Source: Candidatus Hamiltonella defensa 5AT (Acyrthosiphon pisum) (GTDB lineage: Bacteria; Pseudomonadota; Gammaproteobacteria; Enterobacterales; Enterobacteriaceae). From it: a stretch of 24,000 bases of DNA. Numbering within the stretch: the first letter of the stretch is position 1; each line of letters starts with the position of its first letter. Below the pieces are notes generated by a model. That model saw only the letters and a list, made by a program, of their open reading frames with translations. It had not been told where the DNA came from and made no database searches. The position numbers and the translations under genes were made by a program. The stretch lies in assembly GCF_000021705.1 (NCBI RefSeq), contig NC_012751.1, forward strand, positions 722,608-746,607. Direction: 5' to 3'. Shown here piece by piece: positions 1-9,198 of this stretch.

Positions 1-655
1 ACAACACGCCAGTTAATAGCATGCCATTCCAGTTGTTGTTCATAGTTTTGATTTATTACGTTTGCCATAGGCATCTAACTCTTCTAAATCAATTCATAAC
101 CTTGGTAAAGGATTATATGGGTAAGTCACCCGTTCCACGTCAGCCTCTTTTCAGAGTAAAGTAATTACCTCTATCAATCCTGTTATGATTTCCAGTTGCC
201 TTTCGGCTGATTGCCTTCGCTTTTTGGAACGTCTTATGCCCACTGTCTCTTAGTATTTACATCAACACTAAAAGATTAATGGGGTTACCGTGTTTCACAC
301 CATGAAGATACATTGAGTGGGCTGCCTCCTCTATGCCGGGGAACGGGATCCGTCGTAAAGAACGAACACTCTTCTTTACCCGTTTCTAACTGTCGTTAAA
401 CTTCCCCATAACACGTCACATCTGATTTCGTGTTTTACTTGCTTACGACATTTTAATAACGGAGATTCACTTTATTCAACCCATTTCAGTTTTGCCTTGC
501 CCCTATTTCTTATTCAGCTTAATACTTTAGTTAGGCTTTCATTCTCGCTTAGCACAAGAGAATTACTCCTCTTGCACCGAGTAAGTGGCAATAAGGTTTC
601 GGATCAACCTTACCCTTTTTCAAGGGACTTCTGTGGTGCAACTTTCACGTCGCAC
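1..655 (-). mobile_element. Group II intron copy A, 5' portion only (rest lies off the left edge of the window). Includes the first 74 nt of the intron-encoded RT ORF (start codon at 74, minus strand).
   Basis: Positions 1-655 read identically to 17857-18511 (copy C). The minus strand starts GTGCGACGTGAAAG at 655, matching the group II 5' consensus GUGCG. The IEP N-terminus MPMANVINQ... starts at 74 by homology with copy C. Confidence 0.9.
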
Positions 656-1564
656 ACGCTCAGTCAAGATTTAGGCGGACAGTTAGAAGGAAAAAGAGAG
701 GACGTGCTACTCAGCCAAAAATTTGCTCAAAAATTTCCTTACCCGATTATTTTTGACGAATTGGGCGCTTATTTTGCCTCAGGTCTTGACAAAACAGCCG
801 CTCAAATGCGCTCTTTGCAATACATGCTCATGATAGCCGCACAGGATGTGCAATCCATGATGGACAAATCGATGCGCGAATTTTTGACGGTGAGCGCCAA
901 TCAGCGGACCAAATGGTTTATGGCCTTAGAGGATGCCCAGGACACCTTTAATCTGATTCGTTCTGCCGCAGGAAAAGGGTATTACAGCGAGCTGTCTTCC
1001 GTTAAGCGTAAAGGCAGTCTCAGTGGCAGTCGGTATGAAGACGCCGATACCCATCACATTCGTGAACGCGATAACATTGAACTCACGGAACTCAAAGCCC
1101 TCAACAAGGGGGAGGGCGTCATCGTATTTCAGGATGCCGTGGTACGAAGTGCCGCGATTTTTATTCCAGATGAGGAAAAATTGTCCTCAAAGCTTCCTAT
1201 GCGGATTAACCGGTTTATAGAGCTCAAACGCCCTGATTTCGACGCATTATGTGAGGTTGTTCCAGAGCTCAGGCACAAAGGAGCCGCTTTTAAACAAGAG
1301 GTACAGGGAATTTTACAACGCTTAAAAACAGCTGACACTCAAGAGAATAAAGGCACTTTGAACGTCAAGCTGTTCGATAAAACACTCCATCATCTCTGTG
1401 AAATAACACAGAATTTGGACCACCGTAACGACCTGTCTTACACCCACGAGGAGCGAGGAATAATCCTGTTCGAAGCGGCGCGTCATTCCTTAAAAATAAC
1501 CGAAGGGCAATACAGAGCAGACAAAGAGCCTAAAGAGATTACACTCGAACACTCAACACCCTGA
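656..1564 (+). pseudogene. C-terminal ~300 aa of a type IV coupling-protein-like (TraD/TraG/DotL-type) conjugation ATPase, cut off from its upstream part by antisense intron copy A
   Basis: The real coding part of ORF 497..1564 starts at the intron boundary (656); codons 497-655 are intron sequence read antisense. The pattern ANQRTKWFMALEDAQDTF...ELTELKALNKGEGVIVFQDAVVRSAAIFIPDE resembles the end of T4CP ATPase domains (recognised by eye only). Relaxase, MobC and FinO neighbours fit this context. Confidence 0.45.
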
Positions 1565-1570
1565 CGAATC

Positions 1571-2122
1571 TCACGGGTCAGGCCCCCTCAAATCTTCAGA
1601 AAAACAGCTTTTCTTGAGGCATTTTTGGGCAAACTGAGATTGCTCCTCGGTCACCTGCCCACAGGGCTGACCGTGCTTATCATACCGTTGAGCCCCCAGA
1701 ACCCCTTGTTCAAGATAATCACGAGAGCGCGCTATCGCTCTAATGCAGCGGCGGAGCCCTTTTTTTGAAAGCGGTAACTCCTGTGTGTTGATGTCCTCAT
1801 ACAAATCCTCAAGGAGGTCTATTTTCATTAATTTGAGCCCATGACCAAACAAGGCGGGCCAATAAGCAGAAAGGGTCTCTACTGCATGCTCAAAAGAGAC
1901 ATTAGGCTGCTTGTGCGGTTTTTTTTTGACTTTAGGGGAAACTAACGGAAGACGTTTGGTCTCAGCCACTTTCTCTGGCTCTTTTTGCTTCGGTTTCTTT
2001 TTTAAGGCAATAAGGGGTGCACAGGGAGAAGCGCCCCTACGTGGATTCATCAAACAGGGGGTTTTGCTTTCTGACCTTCTGGGGCCTAAGGTCAGCGTTT
2101 TTTCAAAGGGGATGGAGTTCAT
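1571..2122 (-). CDS. ProQ/FinO-domain RNA chaperone with a Lys/Pro-rich N-terminal region
   Basis: 183 aa. The segment HAVETLSAYWPALFGHGLKLMKIDLLEDLYEDI...LSKKGLRRCIRAIARSRDYLEQGVLGAQRYDKHGQPCGQVTEEQ parallels the E. coli ProQ N-terminal FinO domain ([51 protein letters not shown]). Confidence 0.8.
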   Translation of the reverse strand: MNSIPFEKTLTLGPRRSESKTPCLMNPRRGASPCAPLIALKKKPKQKEPEKVAETKRLPLVSPKVKKKPHKQPNVSFEHAVETLSAYWPALFGHGLKLMKIDLLEDLYEDINTQELPLSKKGLRRCIRAIARSRDYLEQGVLGAQRYDKHGQPCGQVTEEQSQFAQKCLKKSCFSEDLRGPDP

Positions 2123-2143
2123 GCGCTTTTTTATGAAGCCTCA

Positions 2144-2813
2144 TCAATGAAATAACCGAGCGATGTCTTCCACAGGTAGCCCCGTATATTTTTGGATTTT
2201 TTCTGGACTTTCTCCATCGGCCATCAGCTTTTTGGCGATGGTCAGGGTAGCCTGTTTCAGGCCCTCTTCTTTACCCTGCTGTATCCCCTGTTTTAAACCT
2301 TCTTCTAAGCCTTCCTTTCTCAGCTCTTCTGCTATCGTCATCACATTCTCCCGTTGAGTGGTCGAAGAAAGGGCCTCAAAAAATAACGGGCGAGAGGCCG
2401 TTTCTCCCTCTTGAAAGAGATAATACAACAAACTTTTAAACAGGTCATCGTTTAACGGGAAACGCTTATCCAGACGAATAAGATAAGGCGCGATGTCCAT
2501 CATGTCACGAACTCGGACCAGTTTCTGGACCAGTTCAAGCCAGGCAATCATCCCATGCTTCAGAATGTCTTCTTCGGGAATAACCGTCACATCTACCAAA
2601 GTAAAAGGCTCAGAATCTAATCTCCGCGCGGCTTCTTTGTCATCAAAATAATCGAACCAATCCAGACTGTACGGGTAAGGACTCGTTTCTCCATGGTAGA
2701 ATAACTGGCACGACCACCGGCAAGGTGTCGTTGCCCTGCTCCAGGTGCCGTTGCATGGCTGCCACCGCATACCTCAAAAGCCTAAACGCCATCAGTTTTT
2801 CAGGTTTGCTCTG
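2144..2813 (-). pseudogene. Rpn/YhgA-like PD-(D/E)XK recombination-promoting nuclease (putative transposase), exon 2, with a frameshift near 2699-2705
   Basis: From 2813 the minus strand reads QSKPEKLMAFRLLRYAVAAMQRHLEQGNDTLPVVVPV. The family-typical FYHGETSPYPYSLDWFDYF... then continues in another frame (ORF 2144..2770). The C-terminal repeat-like tail (EEGLKQGIQQGKEEGLKQ) is typical of the family. Confidence 0.85.
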
Positions 2814-5155
2814 ATTAGGTAAGCAGGCCGAAAGTGCCCACTCCCTCAAGAACCGTACGTGCGAGTTACCCCGCATACGGCTCACGCAACTTACTGACTT
2901 CAACATTTTTCCTTTTTTGCTATGTAATTGTCTGTGGCAATTAGCATGTAACAATCTTAAATTAGCTAGCTTGTTATCACCCCCTTCAGCTTTGGGCTGA
3001 ATATTATGAACATGTAATTGTTCACCATTGTCCAGCTCTTGATCACAGAGAGGACAATAACCTTTCTGTCGCTTATAGAGGTTAACTTTGACACCGTAAA
3101 TAAAAGGCTGCTTACGTGCCTGCCTATGACGCCAATAATCACGCAATTCAGGATTATCGGGGGAAGCATTCTTGGTAACTAGCCAATGACGCTGTATTTT
3201 TGTCCATGCATGCTTCCAGAGAAATCCACCGTTTGATTTATCCATAAATACTGAATAGTCTTCTCTACCTGGTATCTTGCCTAAATAGTGTTTTCTTCGC
3301 CACCACCAATGTTTATTGGGATGACGTCGATACAGATATCTACATTGGCGAATCCACATCCATTGGTCTATTGCACTGAATGTCTGTTTTGACGCACCAA
3401 TACGATAGTAATTACACCATCCTATTATTTTTTCATTCAGCTGCATTATGCCTTCTTTTGTCGGCATGCCAATGATCCTTTTCCAGGTCATTCTCATTTG
3501 CTGTCTGTACCTTTTAATCGACTCCTTTGACGGTTTCATTAACAACACATATCCCCGCTTTCTGTGGCGATTTTCATAATGTCGTATATTAAATCCCAAG
3601 AAGTCGAATCCTTCCTTCAGGTGTTTGATACTGGTTTTTTCTTCCGAAAGGGCTAACCCTCTCTGTGCTAACCAACTTCGCAACTTTATTTTAGCTGTTT
3701 CGCATTCTTCACGGGATTTACCTAATACAACAAAATCATCCGCATAGCGCACTACTGCATAAGGTTGGCCTTGTTTTGGCTTGCCATTTTTCCAGTATTG
3801 AATACCCAGCAAGGTTTCCATTCCGTGGAGTGCAATATTGGCCAGTAGTGGACTGATAATCCCTCCTTATGGAGTACCTGCAACACTGGGTATATAGTTG
3901 CCATGTTCCAGCACACCGGCTTGTAGCCATTTTTTAATCATGTTTCTTTCGGGAAATCCCCCGATTGTTTTTATGAGAAAATTATGGTCAATGTTGTCAA
4001 ATGCGCTTTTAATATCTGCATCCAGTACCCAATGCCTTGTCCCCCGTGCCCTGGCAATACAGAAAATTTTTTGTATTGCGTCATGAGCACTTCGTCCTGG
4101 TCTAAATCCGTAACTGACTGGTTCAAATTTTGCTTCCCAATAAGGTTCCAGCGCTGATTTAACTATCGCTTGTTTACATCGTTCGAGAATAGTTGGGATC
4201 CCAAGAGGGCGCTTTTTCCTATTCTTTTTGCTATGTAGACCCGTTTTACTGGATAAATCTTTTCTGAAGTTGTTTGGCTTAATAACTTATAAAGGTGTTC
4301 TCGTCCTTTATGGTCATCAATGACCTGATTATCTACTCCAGCTGTGTGTTTTCCCCGATTGATCTGTGTGACTTTCCTGATAGCCAGAAGATGATTAGCT
4401 CTTGATTTCATCATGAGTTTTTGCAAATTTCTGACTTTCTTTAAGTCACCTGTTGCTGAAGCCCTATATATCCTTTGTCTTAGATTATTAATCATGGTTG
4501 TCACAACACGCCAGTTGATGGCGTGCCATTCCAGTTGTTCATGGTTTTGATTTATTACGTTTGTCATTGACATCTAACTCTTCTAAATCAATTCATAATC
4601 TTAATAAAGGATCCTATGGGTAAGTCACCCGTTCCACGTCAGCCTCTTTTCAGAGTGAGGTAGTTACCTCTATCAATCCTGTTATGATTTCCCGTTCCCT
4701 TTCGGATGATAGCCTTCGCTTCTTGGAACGTCTTATGCCCACTGTCTCTTTCATATTTACATGAACATGAAGAGATTAATGGGGTTACCGTGTTTCACAC
4801 CATGAAGATACATTGAATGGGTTGCCTCCTCTATGCCGGGGAACGGGATCCGTTGTAAAGAACGAACACTCTTCTTTACCCGTTTCTAACTGTCGTTAAA
4901 TTTCCCCTTAACACGTCACATCTGATTTCGTGTTTTCGTTGCTGACGACATTTTAATCACGGAGATTCACTTTATTCAGCCCATTTCAATTTTGCCTAGC
5001 CCCTATTTCTTATTCAGCTTAATACTTTAGTTAGGCTTTCATTCTCGCTTAGAACAAGAGAATTACTCCTCTTGCACCGAGAAAGTGACAATAAGGTTTC
5101 GGATCAACCTTACCCTGATTCAAGGGACTTCTGTGGTGCAACTTTCACGTCGCAC
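2814..5155 (-). mobile_element. Group II intron copy B (2342 nt), full length but diverged, inserted in sense orientation in the rpn-like gene
   Basis: 5' end GTGCGACGTG at 5155 (minus). Domain V GAGCCGTATGCGGGGTAACTCGCACGTACGGTTC lies at 2850-2883. A domain VI helix has a bulged A 7 nt from the 3' end, which reads ...CTTACCTAAT at 2814. Joining the flanking exons gives a conserved Rpn motif. Clearly more diverged from copy C than copy A is, with many substitutions and a 3-nt deletion visible in the stretches I compared. Confidence 0.93.
2895..4573 (-). pseudogene. Degenerate intron-encoded protein of copy B (RT-maturase-HNH endonuclease)
   Basis: Homologous to the copy C IEP, with several lesions. 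Clustered homopolymer indels at about 4205-4232 give a net -1 frameshift. CAA to TAA at 3867-3869 interrupts GTP*GG in RT motif 4. The HNH motif reads HVHNIQ instead of HVHHIQ. The stop codon is lost (TGA to TCA at 2895-2897). Confidence 0.9.
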
Positions 5156-5398
5156 GTGCTCCAGCAAACAATATAAATACCCGTCCTTTCCCGTCGGGGT
5201 TTCAAACGAATACACCATATCGGAATGAGATTGCTTCAAAGTCGGCTCAACAAAAGAACCCGACACCCTTTTCAACGAAGACAGGCAGACTTGACTCAAA
5301 ACATCCGCCGGAAGATGCACTTCAAAAAAATTGCGGGCGAGGGCAATATCTCCCAAAAACTGCTTAAACAAAGCGTCGTGCGGCAGAAACATTTTCAT
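5156..5398 (-). pseudogene. Rpn/YhgA-like PD-(D/E)XK nuclease, exon 1 (81 codons from ATG 5398; a GTG at 5407 is an alternative start)
   Basis: MKMFLPHDALFKQFLGDIALARNFFEVHLPADVL...SGSFVEPTLKQSHSDMVYSFETPTGKDGYLYCLLEH is the typical N-terminus of the YhgA/Rpn family. The exon ends exactly at the intron 5' GTGCG. Confidence 0.85.
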
Positions 5399-5403
5399 GG
5401 AAG

Positions 5404-5763
5404 TCACTTTTTCCTAGATGACAAGGACGATGACTTTTTCTTCGCTCCGCTTTTTGATTTTTTAGCCACTTTAGTTTGTTTGGGCGCTTGTAAATGAACG
5501 GAGTCTTTCAGACTTTTCCCCGCAGAAAACACAGCGACTTCACGAGCAGGGGTTTTGATTTTTTCACCCGTTTTGGGATTACGAGATATCCGCTCTTTGC
5601 GATGGCGGACTTTAAAAGTCCCAAATCTGATGATTTGCACCGGCTCTTTTTTCCCCAATGCTTCGATAATACTCGAAAAAACAGCGGTGACCGCCTCGGT
5701 TGATTGCGCCTTCGTCAGGCCAGACTTGTCTCGGACTTGCTCAATTAACTCAGTTTTATTCAT
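5404..5763 (-). CDS. HU/IHF-family DNA-binding protein with a C-terminal Lys/Ser-rich extension
   Basis: 119 aa. MNKTELIEQV...LTKAQSTEAVTAVFSSIIEAL..GEPVQIIRFGTFKVRHRKERISRNPKTGEKIKTPAREVAVFSAGKSLKD is the canonical HU fold sequence. It is followed by about 30 aa reading APKQTKVAKKSKSGAKKKSSSLSSRKK. The stop abuts or overlaps the rpn-like start. Confidence 0.85.
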   Translation of the reverse strand: MNKTELIEQVRDKSGLTKAQSTEAVTAVFSSIIEALGKKEPVQIIRFGTFKVRHRKERISRNPKTGEKIKTPAREVAVFSAGKSLKDSVHLQAPKQTKVAKKSKSGAKKKSSSLSSRKK

Positions 5764-5893
5764 CCTTTATCCTTTCAAATTGTTATCAAATATACCGCCC
5801 GATAAATACGCTATCTCTGCCCATTTTTAACGAAATATCAACAAACAACAACCCATTTCCAACAAATGATAAAAATAAAAAGGGGCGATGCGC

Positions 5894-7786
5894 TCAGGGA
5901 GTCAAATTCGGAGAATCAAATACAATGGGAGCGGGTTTATCTTGAGACCGCATTTCACAGACCCGTTTCTGCTGAATAGGGTCTGTTAACCTCAAGGCAG
6001 TCTGACCCATTTCATTGAAATCTCGAACCAACGAACACGCTTTCTCAACGTACTCCCGCGGACCCGAGAAAACCCGTTTCTCTCCACTTTTTTGCTCTGC
6101 CAAATGTAACCCCGCCACCATATTGTCCCCCTCGTTTTCAAACGGTCTGGCCATCTCAATGGTTTCCCCTCGGTCAATCATTTGGGTGATTCCTTCCTTT
6201 TTGTATACAATCGCCCCGTCACGGTGGATATGATGGGTATAGCCTTTGAGCTCAACCGGCGCAATATCATCTGAAACGGCACATTCAATGACCGTATCAC
6301 TGAGGTAAGCCGTGCGCTCATCCCGCTTCGCTTGGTAAGCCCACCCTCTTAACTGGCTAATGGCCGCTTTATCCCCTTTTAACGCCTGCTGTTCCACCCA
6401 AACACGATAAGACAGTCGCCTATTTTCTGGAGAACGATACCAGTTCTCCCGCTCTTCCTTTAATTTTAAACGCAACTCGGCCATCGCTTTTTCTCGCTCA
6501 AAAGCCAACACATGATAGGCCAGTTTTCTCATTAAAGGATCGCGCACCGCAACACACACATGGGCTCTTCGGAAACGAAAGGTCATGGAAAGAGTTCTGA
6601 AACGATTTTTTGCGTCAAAAGAAGGGCATTTCGCTTCTTTTTTGTCATGTTGATAACGCAATTTTAACTCTTCTCGGGCCTCAGCACGTTCTAATCGGCG
6701 AGTCATTCGAGCTTGATGATCACGCAAATGAAGTCGATCATCATAATGTGAACTCACCATATAGTTTGTTAAGGTCACCTCCCCTTGTTCATTTTTAAAT
6801 TCCATCACTCGGGGCGCACTTTCAAATTCGCCAAGGCGAGGCACTAATTTCGAAAGAGTGAGTTGAGGATGTAAACTGCTGGCCTTCAAAGGAGTCTGTT
6901 CAGGATGTACGCGATCATAAATAGCCAAACCTCGGTCCTTCTTTTTCAGTTCCAGTCCCGCCCTAATCAAAACAGCATGGAATCGCTCCCAATAGAGGTT
7001 TTTTTCTCCCAGAATCTTTGAAATCTCTTCACGACATTCACGCACCGCATAACCATAAAAGCTTTCCTTATCTGAATAATATTCCAGTTTCTTAGCCTCA
7101 ATAGGCATGGGTTTTTGATGAGAGTACGAACGAACAACCTGATGATGGTCGTTAATCACATAGCACCCATGAGTTCTCGTCCAGCCATACTTTAATTCCA
7201 TTTCTCTACTGGCTTTATGTAATTTAGAAATATCATAGGCATCATCGGCAACTTTATAAGTCACAGGATGGATCCGATTCACGGCAACATGACAATGAAG
7301 GTGATCTGTGTCTCTATGAATGGCCGTGACATACTGATGTTCAGACATCCCTAATGCATCAAGACTATGACGCGCACTTTCAAAAATTTGCTCTACCGTC
7401 GGAGAGTCCGTCTCCGGCCAGGATAAAAAAAAGTGATAAACGGGATCTTTACAACGCGTATTTTTTAAAGCCACCGCTTACATTTCTACCGCCGCTGTGG
7501 CCACGCTCAGTGTATTCGTTTCGCATAAAACCTGATCAAAAAGAACCTGATGCCGACCATCAGGAAATCTCTCAGTGATAAGGCTTTTATCCGCATCTCC
7601 GTTGCGATGAATGTAACCCATTAAGCGTTCAAAAATGGCTTCTTTTGATTGAGATAAACGGGCTTTTTGGCTCTCTGGATCAATCACGTCATCATGATGA
7701 TGGTCATCACGAGTCGTCGTATAGGCCAATAAAGTGAGAAAACTTGATTTTCCATCCCTCCGTTTTTTTGCCTTACCCACAATCAT
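5894..7786 (-). pseudogene. MOBP-type conjugative relaxase (TraI/MobA/VirD2-like, relaxase/mobilisation nuclease domain) with one in-frame TAA at 7478-7480
   Basis: ORFs 7478..7786 and 5894..7474 are in the same frame, separated only by TAA: ...LSVATAAVEM*AVALKNTRCKDPVYHFFLSWPE. The His triad is HRDTDHLHCHVAVNRIHP. Together they encode 630 aa. Confidence 0.85.
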
Positions 7787-8095
7787 TTATTCTGCCCGCC
7801 CTAAGGTTAAAATAGCTTCCTGGATAGCCACGAAAACTTGTGCATATTCTTCGCTTATAACCCCTTTCCCTTCATCAAAAAGACGTTGCTGTAGAGACCC
7901 TAATCGACTCAATTCCATCACTAATTCCGGATCAAAGTGAGTTTTTATTCTGCGATTTAACCCACAGCGAATGAGGTAAGTACTTAAATTCAAACCTGCC
8001 GATTGGGCTTTCTCTTTGAGATGCTCTTTTTCTTCTGGAAAGCAACGAATACTGGGAATAAGGGCCGTTCTTTTTCGTTTTTCACTTTGGCTCAT
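7787..8095 (-). CDS. mobC: MobC-family relaxosome accessory protein
   Basis: 102 aa. IRCFPEEKEHLKEKAQSAGLNLSTYLIRCGLNRRI matches the MobC (bacterial mobilisation protein) pattern. The stop lies directly next to the relaxase ATG at 7786. Confidence 0.7.
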   Translation of the reverse strand: MSQSEKRKRTALIPSIRCFPEEKEHLKEKAQSAGLNLSTYLIRCGLNRRIKTHFDPELVMELSRLGSLQQRLFDEGKGVISEEYAQVFVAIQEAILTLGRAE

Positions 8096-8142
8096 GGCGT
8101 TATTTTCTATGGAGTAAATAAGAATTCTTTCTTAATTGGGGT

Positions 8143-8218
8143 GTCGGGGTGAAGCCCTGACCAAGAGTTTTGAAGGGCCGGTTGCTTGCAAGCGGTGCTT
8201 CAAAACATATCTTATCCT
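8143..8218. promoter_or_regulatory. Candidate oriT: two adjacent hairpins plus a nic-like TATCCT core
   Basis: A GC-rich patch sits in AT-rich spacer just upstream of mobC. Hairpin 1 is GTCGGGG-tgaag-CCCTGAC (8143-8161). Hairpin 2 has perfect 9-bp arms GTTTTGAAG/CTTCAAAAC (8167-8175 and 8198-8206) enclosing the palindrome GCTTGCAAGC. TATCCT at 8213-8218, 7 nt past the repeat, resembles the MOBP nic core YATCCTG. Confidence 0.4.
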
Positions 8219-8522
8219 TTTGTTAAATAGCAATTTTGATATTATGGCTTAATTTTTTTATAATGTCATGAAGGTAAAATACATCTTCTGTACAGGTGAA
8301 ATTTTTGTCGTTATGATTGAGTTTAAATCAGTTTTATGTAAACATTTTAAATGTTAAATATTTATTTAATAGATAAAAATTTATTAAAAATAAAAAGATT
8401 TATAGCGAAGAAATTGAAATAATCAGGCGGGAAGTGAGTATGATTTGAGTGGTAAAAAATAAGCAATGAGTATGAAATAAAAAACCAGGTAAAATGTGTT
8501 TCTTTTTAACGGAAAAAACGAA

Positions 8523-8780
8523 ATGACTTCTAAGAAATATTATACGGTCGAACAAGTTGAAAAAGCAAAAGAGATGCTAGAGGAATTACCTGACCTCAAA
8601 AAGATAAGACTAAATAAAGACGATGTCTTGGAAAATTTAAAGGCGCAAATAATCAAATTAGCTTTAAATAAAGGGTACGTTTCAGAAGATATTAAATCTG
8701 CACTTGAAAGCGCAGGTATAAAAGTGACATTAAAAGATATTCAAAAAATGATTTTTGATAAAAAAAAGAAAAATAATTAA
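8523..8780 (+). CDS. Small hypothetical protein, possibly HTH/DNA-binding (alternative GTG start at 8496)
   Basis: An 85-aa ORF in a very AT-rich segment. The C-terminal half (LNKGYVSEDIKSALESAGIKVTLKDIQKMI) looks like a helix-turn-helix. No family recognised. Confidence 0.35.
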   Translation: MTSKKYYTVEQVEKAKEMLEELPDLKKIRLNKDDVLENLKAQIIKLALNKGYVSEDIKSALESAGIKVTLKDIQKMIFDKKKKNN

Positions 8781-8892
8781 ATAAAATTTGAGTATTATTT
8801 TTAATAATAAAATTGAGATTCATTTTTTAGTGATGGTTATTAATATTTCAGTCACATTTTTCTCTTTTTTTAAATTCAATTAACGAAATTTT

Positions 8893-9198
8893 TTATAAAT
8901 TGTTTTGTTTCTTATATGCAGATAACATTTCTTCAAGTAACTCCACCAATTTTAAATTTTTTTCTTCCGCTATATCACGGAGTTCAGCATCAAATTCAGG
9001 ACTCACACGCGTCGCAAAAGGAAGCGTTCGGTTTGTTCTTCTAGTCCTTCTTGCATCTCTTCTTACATAAGAAAATTTTTTAATTAAGGTAGGATCAGGC
9101 GCTATTTCAGATGAATTCAAACTAGTCGCCGCTTCGTCAAAAGAAGGCGGAGTTCCCAATCCTTTTCGTTTCATTTTTGAAAAATCAGCCATACTCAC
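8893..9198 (-). CDS. Small ribbon-helix-helix partition/centromere-binding protein (ParG/ParB-like partner of ParA); ATG at 9192 is the likely start
   Basis: About 100 aa, overlapping the end of parA. It has a basic N-terminal half. The C-terminal segment FATRVSPEFDAELRDIAEEKNLKLVELLEEMLSAYKK fits an RHH fold. Confidence 0.55.
   Translation of the reverse strand: MSMADFSKMKRKGLGTPPSFDEAATSLNSSEIAPDPTLIKKFSYVRRDARRTRRTNRTLPFATRVSPEFDAELRDIAEEKNLKLVELLEEMLSAYKKQNNL

Noticed and set aside
497-655. N-terminal 53 codons of ORF 497..1564 (MPLFLIQLNTLVRLSF...) taken as the true start of the protein; the same peptide recurs in ORF 18353..18613
   Set aside because: This stretch is group II intron domain I read on the antisense strand. 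It is present identically in copy C and nearly identically in copy B. Its recurrence reflects the repeat, not a protein family.
1560-1582. Hairpin CCTGAC-N11-GTCAGG between the convergent T4CP-fragment and finO genes, considered as a bidirectional terminator
   Set aside because: The stem is only 6 bp, the loop is 11 nt, and there are no flanking T/A tracts. It also overlaps both stop codons. This is too weak to call.
2643-3821. A single 392-aa gene spanning the RT C-terminus and 170 nt beyond the intron
   Set aside because: It is a composite: IEP remnant, then ribozyme domains V/VI, then rpn exon 2 read in phase after loss of the IEP stop. It is not one gene.
8341-8355. AT-rich palindromes (AACATTT-T-AAATGTT here; ATGATAAAA-N9-TTTTATCAT at 18646-18672) and the TGAGTATGA direct repeat at 8435/8467, considered as origin or iteron signals
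   Set aside because: The arms are short and lie in DNA that is almost all A/T, so they are expected by chance. No replication initiator gene is nearby.
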